Shown here one piece after another: positions 40,279 through 50,925 of a DNA stretch of 64,000 bases (position 1 is its first letter; each line of letters starts with the position of its first letter). A model generated the notes under the pieces. The model ran no database searches and had not been told where the DNA came from. It worked only from the letters and a program-made list of their open reading frames with translations. The position numbers were made by a program, and so were the translations under genes. The stretch lies in contig CP128820.1 in assembly GCA_051546255.1 (NCBI GenBank), positions 1 to 64,000 on the forward strand, read 5' to 3'. This DNA is from Meyerozyma guilliermondii. Lineage: Eukaryota.

Positions 40279-41244
40279 ATGCTTATAGACCTCCCCGATG
40301 ACATCTTGGCCGCAATCCTACACATCTCTGCCCCACAATCAGTAACCCTTCTTTCCTCAACCTCAAAACAATTTCGAAGCCGGTTACTGTCGTTTGTGTT
40401 CCGCAATGCCAAATGCACTTGGTCCCAACTTCTCCATCACACCGACCAAATATCGCAAATTTCTCCCTACGTGCAACAAATAAGGCTCACAGACTCATAC
40501 CCATACGGCGAATGGCACATAGACGTTATTACTCACTTGGATCAGTTTCCCAACTTGAAGGCATTGCAGATCAACCTGGCAAGCTCTGCCAATTGGCTCA
40601 GATACAGAGCCGATTCCCGACTACGTCGTCTCACATTGTACTCAGACACCACCATATCCTTCGCTAGAGTGTTCGATATTGGTCATATTCGACATTTTTC
40701 TCAATTAACTTGGCTTTCTCTCGACGAGTACCATTTTCTATGGGCTCCGTCAGACGTCGATTGGAGTGTCGGATTGGCACATTTGGTGCTCATCAATTGC
40801 ACATGGGAGTTCCCGTTCTCCATATCACAATTCAATCCAAACGGAAACCTCAAATCGCTTTCCTTGACTTATAGACAACACCACCCATTTGTTCTTCTGG
40901 AACGATTTGCAAGATTTCTCGATTTTTCAGCGGAGTCCTCAATGACCAATCTTTCCTCTCTTTCCATAACCCTCGAGAACAACCATCTCTCGTGGAAGAG
41001 AGTGCTCTCGCCGAAGCAATTGAGTATCTTGGTGCTGGCCGCCAATTACCCTAATTTGCGTTCCCTCTGCTTGGACGGTTGGATCATCAGCCATAGTGAA
41101 TCGTGCCAGTTTGAACAAATTCTCGCTGAAACTTCGCTCCGTGAACTACAACTCAATCTCTATACTTTTGATTCCAGCATTCATGTCATCAGCTGCAAAA
41201 AATACCCATGGCTAAACATCAGTTGTAACATCTTCCATGTGTAA
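40279..41244 (+). CDS. F-box / leucine-rich-repeat protein
   Basis: N-terminal LIDLPDDILAAIL...LSSTSKQFR F-box; LRR-like FPNLKALQI, LKSLSL and YPNLRSLCL. Confidence 0.75.
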   Translation: MLIDLPDDILAAILHISAPQSVTLLSSTSKQFRSRLLSFVFRNAKCTWSQLLHHTDQISQISPYVQQIRLTDSYPYGEWHIDVITHLDQFPNLKALQINLASSANWLRYRADSRLRRLTLYSDTTISFARVFDIGHIRHFSQLTWLSLDEYHFLWAPSDVDWSVGLAHLVLINCTWEFPFSISQFNPNGNLKSLSLTYRQHHPFVLLERFARFLDFSAESSMTNLSSLSITLENNHLSWKRVLSPKQLSILVLAANYPNLRSLCLDGWIISHSESCQFEQILAETSLRELQLNLYTFDSSIHVISCKKYPWLNISCNIFHV

Positions 41245-41297
41245 TCCTGCATTGATCTGTTCTCATTGTTTCACGAAAATTGTCAATTTTGCAAGAA

Positions 41298-41942
41298 ATG
41301 CTTGTTGGACTCTTCTTTCTTCTCGTGGCGGTGGCAGCCAATACAGAGTCAATTGTAGTGCAGGTGCCCCCCTACTTTGAAGTTCCATCCCACAATGCCG
41401 TTTTTTCACCAACTGAAATCTTACCGCTAAATTCAACTCACAGTCATCTTGCGGATTTTCCCATTTACGACAAATACACCTACCCAAAGGACACCAAAGA
41501 GCTCCAGGTCCTTTCATTGGACCCCAGGCATCAGACTCTTTTCGTTAAACTCAACAACCATCAAAACTCGGTCTACTCAAGTGGAGACATTCTCTATATC
41601 AAGTTGTGCTGGCCCGCAACTACACCCTATTCGTTCCGCTTGAGCCACCAATATCACTCAGAAAAACAATTGACCAAGTCAGACACCTCCCCACCAACAC
41701 AGCTCAGTTTATACCTTCGAATCGACTACCATGGAGACTACTATGCAGTCAAACCCGGCCCTCCAGTACCGGTTCTGATGCAATTGACAGTCTCTAAGCT
41801 TGCGTGGATACCCATCCCGCTCGAACTTTACGACTTCATTGTCTATATTGTCGACATTGGTATTTTGCTAGCCACTATTGTGCCCTTGTTAGTACCTTGG
41901 TTCACCACCAGTTTTGCACCCAAGCACCACATCCACACGTGA
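41298..41942 (+). CDS. PGA1: GPI-mannosyltransferase II co-activator (Pga1 family)
   Basis: Signal peptide, YIKLCWPATTPYSF motif, IPLELYDFIVY before a C-terminal TM. Confidence 0.65.
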   Translation: MLVGLFFLLVAVAANTESIVVQVPPYFEVPSHNAVFSPTEILPLNSTHSHLADFPIYDKYTYPKDTKELQVLSLDPRHQTLFVKLNNHQNSVYSSGDILYIKLCWPATTPYSFRLSHQYHSEKQLTKSDTSPPTQLSLYLRIDYHGDYYAVKPGPPVPVLMQLTVSKLAWIPIPLELYDFIVYIVDIGILLATIVPLLVPWFTTSFAPKHHIHT

Positions 41943-41982
41943 ACATCACCGCCTAATGACTCCTTCTTGCTCTCCTTCCAAT

Positions 41983-42357
41983 ATGTCGTTATCTGACGAT
42001 GATCCATTGGGACCCCCCAAGAACACCCAAAATCTTGACTTATCCAAGCTATCGCCCCAGGAATTGAGAATTTACAAAATGTATGGAAAACTTCCCACCA
42101 CTCAGCAGATCTTGTCGTCCAAGTTTCAAGACAAAAAGTACTTCGATAGTGGCGACTACGCCATGCAGAAACAATTGGGCAGTTCGAACCGTGCAGCAGG
42201 AGGAAACATACCCATGAAGCACCCCAATGCAGAGAAGGTGAAGGAAATATATAATCGAAACTCCATCAGTGGCAGCAATGCTGGTATATTGTACAACGGA
42301 AAACTGAATTTGTTGAACGAGTCGACCCCGGAGACGATTGAAGAGGAGAAGAAGTAG
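41983..42357 (+). CDS. IGO1: Endosulfine (Igo1/Igo2, ARPP-19 family); alternative start at 41956
   Basis: YKMYGKLP and KKYFDSGDYAM (Greatwall/Rim15 site). Confidence 0.93.
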   Translation: MSLSDDDPLGPPKNTQNLDLSKLSPQELRIYKMYGKLPTTQQILSSKFQDKKYFDSGDYAMQKQLGSSNRAAGGNIPMKHPNAEKVKEIYNRNSISGSNAGILYNGKLNLLNESTPETIEEEKK

Positions 42358-42614
42358 GCACTAAAGGCACATACAAGTAAATACGAATATAATAAGGAAG
42401 ATTAGAGAATATTGTGTAAAGAAGGAAGGAAGATGAAATAGAAGACAAGTACAAAATAAAGTAATTGTAAGAAATACGAGAGGTTTTTCATTCCTAGTTC
42501 TCCGCTTTCGTAATAATACGCTCTTCCATCGTACTTTTTGCGTGTTTTTAACGTTTTCTGCTTAATTTTCCATGCTACATTCTGCACATTTTCTGCAATT
42601 TCTCCGCATTTTTC

Positions 42615-43094
42615 ATGAACTTGGCCCAATTCAACCATGCAATTTCCACTTTTCACAAATTTGTAGCCGACAACCTATACCACCAAAACAAACCAGTTCC
42701 GGTCACTGGGTACTGTAAGCATGCTGAAAATAGAAAGTATAGTTTCATGGTAATGGAAATCAATGAATATCTGATCGAATCAGTGATAACCTTCCATCCA
42801 TTTTATCAAGTTCCAGTAATGTATTTTCGAGTTTTGAGCAATTCCAACAACCAGGCTTTGTCAATTGACCAAATTGCAAAAATATTTTCAGATTTCTCCC
42901 CAACTTCAGTAACATTGGATTCACCCGAAGTAGTACCAGGAGTATGGTTTTGCATCCATCCGTGTGAAACAGCCCAGCAAATGGAAACTTGCTCCACCAC
43001 CAATCCAGAAGAGTACCTTCGATTGTGGTATGCTTTTTACGGCGTGGGAGCTACTTTTCCCACCATCAGTGTACGGCCTACGATAAATGACTAA
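42615..43094 (+). CDS. ATG10: Autophagy E2-like conjugating enzyme
   Basis: FHPFYQVPVMYFR, WFCIHPCET catalytic HPC and YLRLW; short length fits Atg10 rather than Atg3. Confidence 0.85.
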   Translation: MNLAQFNHAISTFHKFVADNLYHQNKPVPVTGYCKHAENRKYSFMVMEINEYLIESVITFHPFYQVPVMYFRVLSNSNNQALSIDQIAKIFSDFSPTSVTLDSPEVVPGVWFCIHPCETAQQMETCSTTNPEEYLRLWYAFYGVGATFPTISVRPTIND

Positions 43095-43132
43095 AGTATG
43101 TATTGAATTAGCCTAACGGCTCTCTACCAATT

Positions 43133-43702
43133 TTATGGCTTGGCGTTCGTGAACATCCGACATGGGTAGTTTTCGGTGTACATTCCGTGCTCGGGCTCCT
43201 GAAGGATGGTCCATTTGAACTTGTTCATAGATGGGGCTACAATTGGCTCGCCTTGTTTGCCCAAAAGTTCTCCTCTAATAACACTCTGAGGGACTCCAGA
43301 GAGTGACGTGGCCAAACTGACATCTTGGGAAGGATCAATGAACACCGACAACTCCTTGGTTCCCTTTTCTCCAACGGACACTCGTGGGTTTTCAACCGAG
43401 CCGAGCAGTAATAAACCAGCCACTTTTGTCTGATTGAATGCATTTACTTGGGGATAGTTTCTTCTGAAATCACGCTTGTAGTATGGGTTGCCCTTGATGT
43501 CTCCAGCAGGAATGGTAATTGGGTCTTCGTAATTTTGGGCTTCCTTGATTCTGTCACCTGGCGGCAGTTTTCTGTAAAGTGAAGGTATGGGGTTACCAGA
43601 AGATCTATTGGGTACCAACGCGAGCACACGTCTCACGGTCTCCCAGATACCGCGAGAGCCGGTTGTGTATTTTTTCCACACGGGAACGGGACCTCCAGCC
43701 AT
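43133..43702 (-). CDS. NADH:ubiquinone oxidoreductase (complex I) accessory 21.3 kDa subunit (NUZM/NDUFA7-like)
   Basis: KKYTTGSRGIWE..RR.LALVPNRSSGNP, PAGDIKGNPYYKRDFRRNYP and YPCRMF. Confidence 0.85.
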   Translation of the reverse strand: MAGGPVPVWKKYTTGSRGIWETVRRVLALVPNRSSGNPIPSLYRKLPPGDRIKEAQNYEDPITIPAGDIKGNPYYKRDFRRNYPQVNAFNQTKVAGLLLLGSVENPRVSVGEKGTKELSVFIDPSQDVSLATSLSGVPQSVIRGELLGKQGEPIVAPSMNKFKWTILQEPEHGMYTENYPCRMFTNAKP

Positions 43703-43803
43703 GATGCAATAACAGGTTGGTGAGAAAATCGAAATTGGCGACTAGTGGTTGGCTGGTTATCTGCAGGAATTACAATTAGAAAATGATGCTTAATGTCTAA
43801 ATA

Positions 43804-44730
43804 TTAATTAACGAAGAGAGCCCGACCAAGCTTTCCAAAGAGAATGAGTCCACAGAAGAAGAAGCTGCCGGTCCATAACCAGATGGCGTAAAAGTCTTCT
43901 TGGTTAAGAAGCACCAGATTAAGAAACGAATGAATCGCATCGTAGCTTTGCACGTAGACACCAAGACATGCCAATGCAGCCACTGCCACGCTGGAAATGA
44001 ACCCTGAGATGGTGCCGTCAAGCAAGAGCCACAACCCGGGATTGAGCAACAGCCATATGATCAGCACCTGTAATGACGAGCTCCATTCGACGTTGCGAAC
44101 TGCGTACGAGATGCCCAAGAAAGTGACCACCAGTCTCATCAAATCGTGGAAAAGCGCTGCTGGTGCGGTCCTTCGCCCGTCGGGGTTCGATGTGAGGAGG
44201 CGCTTGGTCAAGTATGCGGGAAGAACCCGGTCCATGACCGGATGCATAAGACCCATCACCATGCCCTCGGCGGTGAGACTCACCACGGCATCCACCGATT
44301 TTGGAACCAGACAAGAGAGTAAGCTGGAAGGTTTCAAGCTGCTGACAAGATTCGAAAGTACCTTGTTCGTAACGAGCAACGGCTTGAATCCGGAAAGCGT
44401 TTCAATGTGCTGGTTATGAATATGAGTCGTGAGACTATTGTAGAAAAACGCCGCCACGGCAAGCGTGGCTATTTTTGCCACTAGAATGGGCAATGACAGT
44501 TGCGGGAGCGACTCGGTGGCCACGGGTTGCTTGGGAGGCGTTTGAACCGCGGGATAATTGTCGTCTTCTTTGTTCAAATCGACAAACAGATTATCGTGGT
44601 AGATTCCATAAAGTGATGGCTTAGTGAGGTTCACCACTGAGTCTGTTTTCTCCATGACTGGCGTAGAGACACCGGAGCTGGCGCCTGATATATTATTGGA
44701 TAAAACTCGTTTTCTGGTCGGCGTGGTCAT
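43804..44730 (-). CDS. NSG2: INSIG-domain sterol regulator (Nsg1/Nsg2)
   Basis: SVVNLTKPSLYGIY, FLGISYAVRNVEWSSSLQ, LWLLLDGT, LILFGKLGRAL; NSG1 and NSG2 cannot be distinguished here. Confidence 0.85.
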   Translation of the reverse strand: MTTPTRKRVLSNNISGASSGVSTPVMEKTDSVVNLTKPSLYGIYHDNLFVDLNKEDDNYPAVQTPPKQPVATESLPQLSLPILVAKIATLAVAAFFYNSLTTHIHNQHIETLSGFKPLLVTNKVLSNLVSSLKPSSLLSCLVPKSVDAVVSLTAEGMVMGLMHPVMDRVLPAYLTKRLLTSNPDGRRTAPAALFHDLMRLVVTFLGISYAVRNVEWSSSLQVLIIWLLLNPGLWLLLDGTISGFISSVAVAALACLGVYVQSYDAIHSFLNLVLLNQEDFYAIWLWTGSFFFCGLILFGKLGRALFVN

Positions 44731-44807
44731 GTTGATGATTTTGGTGCTGCGACAGGTGAGGTTTATATCTGGGCCTGGGTGCAGGATGTTCGGTTGGTCC
44801 CCGGATT

Positions 44808-45608
44808 TCAGTCTATGACTATGTAGTTCAGTTGTGCTGCCGAGGGCTTCTTTTTCTGTGCAAGAGTTTCACTTTCAGGTTTGTTATCGTCTTCGGGTTT
44901 GTCTTCGTCTTCGCTAGTAAGATCTATGATTTCCACCTCTTCTTCTGGGTCCACATCGGCACTTTTTCCGCACCATTTCGAGTCCTTTAAACGCCGCTCC
45001 GCCGCCTCCAAAGCGAGCTGTCGTAGGGAAGCTGCTGGCGATTTCGTGGTTCCTCCCAACCGGCGGGATTCCGCTTTGAAGACAGGTTTTGAAATTGCTG
45101 CGATACGCTTACTTCTGACCGTCGCTGTGGCCGATCCACGAACAGAACCGAGCACCTGCTCCTCACACACGTAGTCCGTGGCCACTGTGCCACGTAGCTG
45201 CAACTGGTCGAACCGCAGCTTGAGTTTATCGAGGTAATTGTAGAATTGCACATCGTGTGCGCCGTATAAATTATGGGTCAATTCATGCAACATCGTACCA
45301 ATAACGTCTCCAAACGGCAAGAACAGCAACAGATTCGACGCGTAGCGAAGACGCAACAAGATCTTTTGTCCTCGGTTAACATTCAATCCTAATAGGTTGC
45401 GGTTTTTTGGGTACATCTCACACAACGTGCCCACTTTGAAACCAAATTCATTCATAAGCGGCGCCACCGCTTTGGCGACTTCCTGGAGGACGAGTCGTGC
45501 CTCCCGCTTGTCGGGGAAACGAGTCAAAGACCCTATATGGGAAATATTCTTTGTTGGCGATACCATCGGCACATCTTTCTGATGCCATCGGCCGCCTTTT
45601 TTCACCAT
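44808..45608 (-). CDS. WSS1: DNA-protein crosslink repair metalloprotease (WLM domain)
   Basis: LLGLNVNRGQKILLRLR, HELTH zinc motif, VIM-like RQLALEAAERR, SIM-like EVEIIDLT and C-terminal YIVID. Confidence 0.92.
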   Translation of the reverse strand: MVKKGGRWHQKDVPMVSPTKNISHIGSLTRFPDKREARLVLQEVAKAVAPLMNEFGFKVGTLCEMYPKNRNLLGLNVNRGQKILLRLRYASNLLLFLPFGDVIGTMLHELTHNLYGAHDVQFYNYLDKLKLRFDQLQLRGTVATDYVCEEQVLGSVRGSATATVRSKRIAAISKPVFKAESRRLGGTTKSPAASLRQLALEAAERRLKDSKWCGKSADVDPEEEVEIIDLTSEDEDKPEDDNKPESETLAQKKKPSAAQLNYIVID

Positions 45609-45611
45609 CAC

Positions 45612-47168
45612 TCAGCTGTAGGAGCCTGGTTCTACAAATACACAAGAACACAGCGCACGCAGTTCACTATAGCTATACAACGCATCAACAAGAGCCGGAA
45701 CAAACGAGCCAGAACTGTGGTTCAGACGTGCTGCTGCTTCGCGGCCGCACTCATTATAAATTCGGACGGCCTGCACAGCAGCCTCATACACCAGGCCACA
45801 ATTGGCTGCAACAAATGCTCCAATTACACTTCCTATGGCACATCCAGAACCTGTCACACGACCCATAACACTACTTCCACCCTCCACAGATACGTGGTTG
45901 TGCTCATCAATCACATAATTGGTTGCACCAGTAATCACTACCACACACTGAAAATCTATAGCCACGGCTCTTCCACCTTCAATTATCTTTTCGGCACTCA
46001 AGTCCACCACCGAGTCGACTCCCTTCATGAGCTGACTGGCGTCCTCGTCTTGTGTATACCCGTGAGTAAGTTTGTAAAGAGACATGATCTCGCCAACATT
46101 GCCCTTGATCACACTGACTTGACCAGCATTCAAGATCTGTCTACAGCACTCAAAACGGGCTGCGGAAGCACCAGCAGCGACTGGGTCAAACACCACAGGC
46201 TTCCCATGCTTGTTGTACACTTGGAGAGCGTGTTTGAAGATATCCATGGTGGAACTGTTGGGGGTGCCCAAGTTGATAACGAGGGCCAACTTTTCAATAT
46301 TTTGTGCAAGTTCATCATACTCTTCGGCAAACTCAGACATAATGGGAGAAGCCCCAACGGCTAGAGTCACATTGGCACAAAAGTTCTTGACCACATTGTT
46401 GGTTATGTGGTGAACAAGTGGATTCGATGCTCTCACCGCACGAATGACTTCCGTCTCTTTCCCCTCCTCTCTGCCACTATTCTTCTTATCTTTTCCAAAT
46501 TCCTTCTCTCTCACAATTTTCGCAAGCGACTGGGTGGCTGCGCTAGCATCGGGATCGGCCATTATACATGAAACCACCGCAAGACCGTCGAGCGCTCTTC
46601 CTGGAATTCGACATTGAAACAACACTTTTGCTGCATTCAGATGATTAATTCCCCCAATTGCAACCGCTTTAATGTTAGCTTTGTGTTTCTCCAAAACATG
46701 CAACATCTTGCGGATTCCAATGGGTCCCGTACCTTCTGGTGTCTTGACATCTTTCTTTGTAGCTGTCTTGTAAACCGTCCCAAGCCCAACATAATCAGCT
46801 ATTCCGTCTTCACACACCTTTTCTACTTCATGTGGATACGAGCAGGTTACCCCAAGAATCTTATTTGGTCCAATTAGCCTTCGAACGGTGACAGCTTCCA
46901 TGTCATCTTGACCCACATGAACACCATCAGCATCCACTGCCAATGCTACATCAACTCGATCATTGATGATAAGAGGAATTCCTTTCTTTTCCGTCATACG
47001 CTTAATGGCCAAAGCTCGGTCGATAAAGTCTCTTGTAGCCATGGTTTTCTCTCGCAATTGCACCATTGTAGCACCATTATCAATGGCATTCTCCACTTGC
47101 TTGAGAAAGGTGGAACTCTCAGGGATCATAGACGAGTCCGTCACCAAGTATACGGAATAGTCCACCAT
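45612..47168 (-). CDS. THI6: Bifunctional thiamine-phosphate synthase / hydroxyethylthiazole kinase
   Basis: VDYSVYLVTDS, QLREK, INDRVDVA, GVHVGQDD, AIGGI; PLVHHITNNVV, DPVAAGAS, KGNVGEI, TGSGC. Confidence 0.95.
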   Translation of the reverse strand: MVDYSVYLVTDSSMIPESSTFLKQVENAIDNGATMVQLREKTMATRDFIDRALAIKRMTEKKGIPLIINDRVDVALAVDADGVHVGQDDMEAVTVRRLIGPNKILGVTCSYPHEVEKVCEDGIADYVGLGTVYKTATKKDVKTPEGTGPIGIRKMLHVLEKHKANIKAVAIGGINHLNAAKVLFQCRIPGRALDGLAVVSCIMADPDASAATQSLAKIVREKEFGKDKKNSGREEGKETEVIRAVRASNPLVHHITNNVVKNFCANVTLAVGASPIMSEFAEEYDELAQNIEKLALVINLGTPNSSTMDIFKHALQVYNKHGKPVVFDPVAAGASAARFECCRQILNAGQVSVIKGNVGEIMSLYKLTHGYTQDEDASQLMKGVDSVVDLSAEKIIEGGRAVAIDFQCVVVITGATNYVIDEHNHVSVEGGSSVMGRVTGSGCAIGSVIGAFVAANCGLVYEAAVQAVRIYNECGREAAARLNHSSGSFVPALVDALYSYSELRALCSCVFVEPGSYS

Positions 47169-47388
47169 AGCAAATTGTACTGTCGGGATCGATTTTTCAC
47201 GGAATATATTCCAACGGTGAGCCGATCGCATTATGCGCTTATGAGTACACGCATAGTAACTGCACTGAAAAAGTTGAACCAGGGACAATATGAAGCCAAT
47301 TGAAACAGAAAATCAAAGAAATATTGTCCAGTAGTGTCTAGTTTTTCCTCAATTGTATAGTTGCATTGTTTTCAATCTCTGCTTCCTC

Positions 47389-47826
47389 TCATCTCCTTCG
47401 CTGCATTCGTATAATATCCTCTCTGTCTCTCTTTATAGATACATTTTCACACTTCTTGATAGTTCCACTGACATGAATACACCTCATTATCACCTCTTTG
47501 TCTCCTAAACGATTGATAAGCGCTAGTACTGCTACAATCATATCTAGATGCTGTCGCCCACATCGTATGATACCAGTGGAAGTTTTCGGGCTGAAATACT
47601 TTACTACAAGCAGTATTCCCGCAGAACCAGCTCCAAAATCTCCATAATGGTCCTGTAGCACCTGTCGTATTACTTGTAACAAGTGTTTGGCAGAAATTTC
47701 ATTGGACGAGACTTGATGAAGATGTAACAAAGCAGAGTCTCGGGACTCGGAATATGCTTCCCAGTGATCACTAGAAGGTGGAGAGAGAATGTCGAAGAGT
47801 ATATATCGCTGTTTAATGCGTACCAT
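47389..47826 (-). CDS. POP5: RNase P/MRP subunit Pop5
   Basis: MVRIKQRYILF, YGDFGAG, VKYFSPKTSTGIIRC, HVSGTIKKCE. Confidence 0.93.
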   Translation of the reverse strand: MVRIKQRYILFDILSPPSSDHWEAYSESRDSALLHLHQVSSNEISAKHLLQVIRQVLQDHYGDFGAGSAGILLVVKYFSPKTSTGIIRCGRQHLDMIVAVLALINRLGDKEVIMRCIHVSGTIKKCENVSIKRDREDIIRMQRRR

Positions 47827-47910
47827 CAGTAATGTGAGGAAGAGATTTGGTTCAAGTTATTTGTGAAGAATTGTGTAGGTGTATGGGTCTAGAATACAGT
47901 AATGTACATA

Positions 47911-50766
47911 TTATATGGTCAAGTACTTTTCAATCAAATCACTGGCCAACTTGGAATTGCCATTGATATTGTAGATCAACGATAGATTGTACGCAGCCTC
48001 GACCAGCAAATCATAATTTTTATCGTCAATTTGTTTGTGCATCTTCAACACTTTCTCGTAAAACTCGACGGCTTCCGATAATAATCCCAACATGTGGAAA
48101 AGTCGTCCGAAGTTGTAGTTGATCTCCTGAACGTCGTAGACCGTGGAGCTTTTCTCCTTGAGCTGCTGGTACTCAAGTAGATAACTCAAACCTTGAAGTA
48201 TTTGAATGTGTCTGTTAGTACTAAGCCTTTGCATAGCTCGATGTACATGTGCGAGTCCTAGCACTAAACACACCATTGGGTCCTGGTTATACTCCTTGTA
48301 GGCTCGGTTGAGGTAGACAATCGACGAAACGTAGCTTCGGGTGCCTCCAAGCAAATTTGCGTAGACGTAGAGCAATTCGAGGTGCTCTCTGGAGAAATTA
48401 GTACCGCTTAAATCTGCCGATATGGTAGCCATTCCAGTGATCTTTTTCTTGGTGATGATCGAGTCATATGTCTTCAACTGTCTCAAGAAGAATTTCTGAT
48501 GGTTGTAGTTGGTGAATGTTTCCCAAGCTTCCACGCCTGACGAAAAGCAACACATGAAAAACTTGTAGATGTAGTGAGAGAACTGGTTAGCAGTCAAAAA
48601 GTATCGAACGTTTGTCATGACAGAGTTGCCGGAATCTCCACGAAGCACGCCAAATATCAACGAAACCATTTTGAGTGTCGTCTCTTTTGTCTTGTCCTGA
48701 ATGAACACACTCACTTCCATAGCGACCTCAATTACCTGGCTCGCATCCTCGTAGTTCTTGTCATATTTGGCTAGAAGAATAGCATATTGCACAAATATCT
48801 TGAACCAGTCGTCATAACTAAGTCCGCGATATTCTGTGGTAGACGTCAAAAACAGCCGTGCATAACTCTCGTCGCTCACAATCCCGTCATAGAGGTTGTA
48901 CACCCTAGCCAATTTCTCGTCAAGTCCCATCTGCTTCTTGCGCCTGTACAACACAATACCTTTGAAGGCACGATTTTTGTCTCTAGGGAAGAAACTGCGC
49001 ACATTGACAAACATCTCCACCAACTGAGACGCCAATTGAATCCATGCTGCTATCGCAACTTCATCATTGGCGGCTTCAAGCCGTTGCATTCTGCGATACT
49101 TTTCCAAAACCTTTCTCTTGGCGCTGTCTTCTAACTCCATCTTTTCTTCGTCGCTCAACTTGGCACTGCGACTGGTCCTCATGAGCTGCTTGCTCTTAAT
49201 GAGGGAAAGATTTTCCTCGACATCCACTTCCATGGGCTCGGTATTGGAGTCCTCGGGAGCTTTCTGGAGCACCCCAGTATCTCGGACTGTAGATACGTCC
49301 CTAAGAAGCTGTAAGGATTCATCAACTTCACCCAAATGATAAAGAGCCTCGGCCAACGCTAGCTTGGCATCAATATTATCAGGGTCAGCAGATAACAGCG
49401 ACCTATATGCCTGCATTGCCAGGCTGTAGTCACCTATTTCAAGGTAACATTTACCCAATAGACTCACCACTTTTGGTCCGTTTTCGTCAGCCATTGATAC
49501 GCGAGAGAGATACACCAAAGCGTCTTCATGGTACCCATGAGCTTCTAAGATCTTTCCGGCTTCGAAGAAAAGATCGGCAATATCATCTTGTTCATCCAAG
49601 AGAAACTCAAAATGCCGGAGCGCCTCTTCCTTTTGTTCGAGTCCCAACCGCAAATACCCTATTTTGAACCGAATATCCACGGGGATGTCATATAGCTTCT
49701 GGCGAGCAATACTGCGCTGTGGTTCAGAAAGGGAATCAAGAATTGGAAAACGACGAGAATCAAATTCCGAATCATCGTCAACCTCATCCCACCATGTTTC
49801 AGCCGTACGATCCTGGATCCATCGGGCAACCAACTTGATGACCTTGATGCCGATACGCCACGAATGTTGCTGGATGTACAATTCGCAGAGGATGTTGAGT
49901 TCAGGCCAGCCAAACTTGGGAACCGAAAGTTTCTGTTTTGGCGCTGATTTCATATTCTGGTCCAAGATTCGCATGTACAAGTTAATGGCATCGTTGAGAC
50001 GTTTCTGCTCGACATATACGCTGGCCAAGTTCTTGATGATTCCAGAGTCGGTGGGAAACGACCGGTGGACTTTCTGGAACCCTTCGAGTGCTCTTCCAAA
50101 CTGGCCCTTTTCCTTGTACAAGAGAGCACGTTCCATGATATATTTGGGGTTTTTGGTGTTGTCTGACTGTATGGCTCGGCCATAGCAGTAAATGGCTTGA
50201 TCGATATGGCCCAATTCGTTACTCAATTCGGCCACACTAGCCCAGAAAGGACTGTTCCATGGATGTATGTTGGCGGCAAGAAGCCAGTAGTTACAGCACT
50301 CATTCAATTTCCCCTGGCGTTTAAATATCTCTCCCAATGCCTTGTAGGCACTGAAATTTTTGGCATCTTTTTTGATAACTTCAAGATAAAGATTTAGAGC
50401 CACTTGGTAGTCGTTGCGCACAAACGCCTCGTTTGCCTGGGAAAGTAGAATCCGTACTTCTGGGTCCAATTCTCGGTTATCTGACCGCATCATCTTGCGC
50501 TTCCAATATGATTTCGAAGAGCTCAGTTTTTTCTTGGTTCGAAAGTTTCCTGCGCTTCTCAACGCATCTCGGAAGTCGTAGTCGTCGTCAAGGTCATCTT
50601 CGATCTCTTCTCCCAGCATATACTCGTCAGAAGAAGAAAATAGTACAACCTGGTCATCCATGTCATCATCATTATCCTCATCAGAGGAAAGATGGAGATC
50701 GATATTGGGAATGTCATTGGCTATATCGTCTCCCTCAGGGTTCTCAAACACATTGGATGACGACAT
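47911..50766 (-). CDS. TFC4: RNA polymerase III transcription factor TFIIIC tau131 subunit (TPR protein)
   Basis: Acidic N-terminus, TPR arrays, NRHIQILQGLSYL, QEINYNFGRLFHMLGL and EAAYNLSLIY. Confidence 0.92.
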   Translation of the reverse strand: MSSSNVFENPEGDDIANDIPNIDLHLSSDEDNDDDMDDQVVLFSSSDEYMLGEEIEDDLDDDYDFRDALRSAGNFRTKKKLSSSKSYWKRKMMRSDNRELDPEVRILLSQANEAFVRNDYQVALNLYLEVIKKDAKNFSAYKALGEIFKRQGKLNECCNYWLLAANIHPWNSPFWASVAELSNELGHIDQAIYCYGRAIQSDNTKNPKYIMERALLYKEKGQFGRALEGFQKVHRSFPTDSGIIKNLASVYVEQKRLNDAINLYMRILDQNMKSAPKQKLSVPKFGWPELNILCELYIQQHSWRIGIKVIKLVARWIQDRTAETWWDEVDDDSEFDSRRFPILDSLSEPQRSIARQKLYDIPVDIRFKIGYLRLGLEQKEEALRHFEFLLDEQDDIADLFFEAGKILEAHGYHEDALVYLSRVSMADENGPKVVSLLGKCYLEIGDYSLAMQAYRSLLSADPDNIDAKLALAEALYHLGEVDESLQLLRDVSTVRDTGVLQKAPEDSNTEPMEVDVEENLSLIKSKQLMRTSRSAKLSDEEKMELEDSAKRKVLEKYRRMQRLEAANDEVAIAAWIQLASQLVEMFVNVRSFFPRDKNRAFKGIVLYRRKKQMGLDEKLARVYNLYDGIVSDESYARLFLTSTTEYRGLSYDDWFKIFVQYAILLAKYDKNYEDASQVIEVAMEVSVFIQDKTKETTLKMVSLIFGVLRGDSGNSVMTNVRYFLTANQFSHYIYKFFMCCFSSGVEAWETFTNYNHQKFFLRQLKTYDSIITKKKITGMATISADLSGTNFSREHLELLYVYANLLGGTRSYVSSIVYLNRAYKEYNQDPMVCLVLGLAHVHRAMQRLSTNRHIQILQGLSYLLEYQQLKEKSSTVYDVQEINYNFGRLFHMLGLLSEAVEFYEKVLKMHKQIDDKNYDLLVEAAYNLSLIYNINGNSKLASDLIEKYLTI

Positions 50767-50925
50767 TAGTCTTCAAATGGATTTTGGAGCCGTTTGCAAT
50801 CGTGGGTGTTTGTTGATATAAGTTATTCCTGCTTGCACTTTTCGCGCGGCTGTTTCGCACTCGATTGCAGCGCGCTGTTAACGAGTTGATCTACTGAGAA
50901 CCATACAAAAAAAACACTTTTGCTC

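Noticed and set aside
45537..46364. 275-aa plus-strand ORF and similar long antisense ORFs (e.g. 17326-18084 and those within 57573-61910)
   Set aside because: Shadow or alternative frames of well-supported genes, or of repetitive coding sequence.
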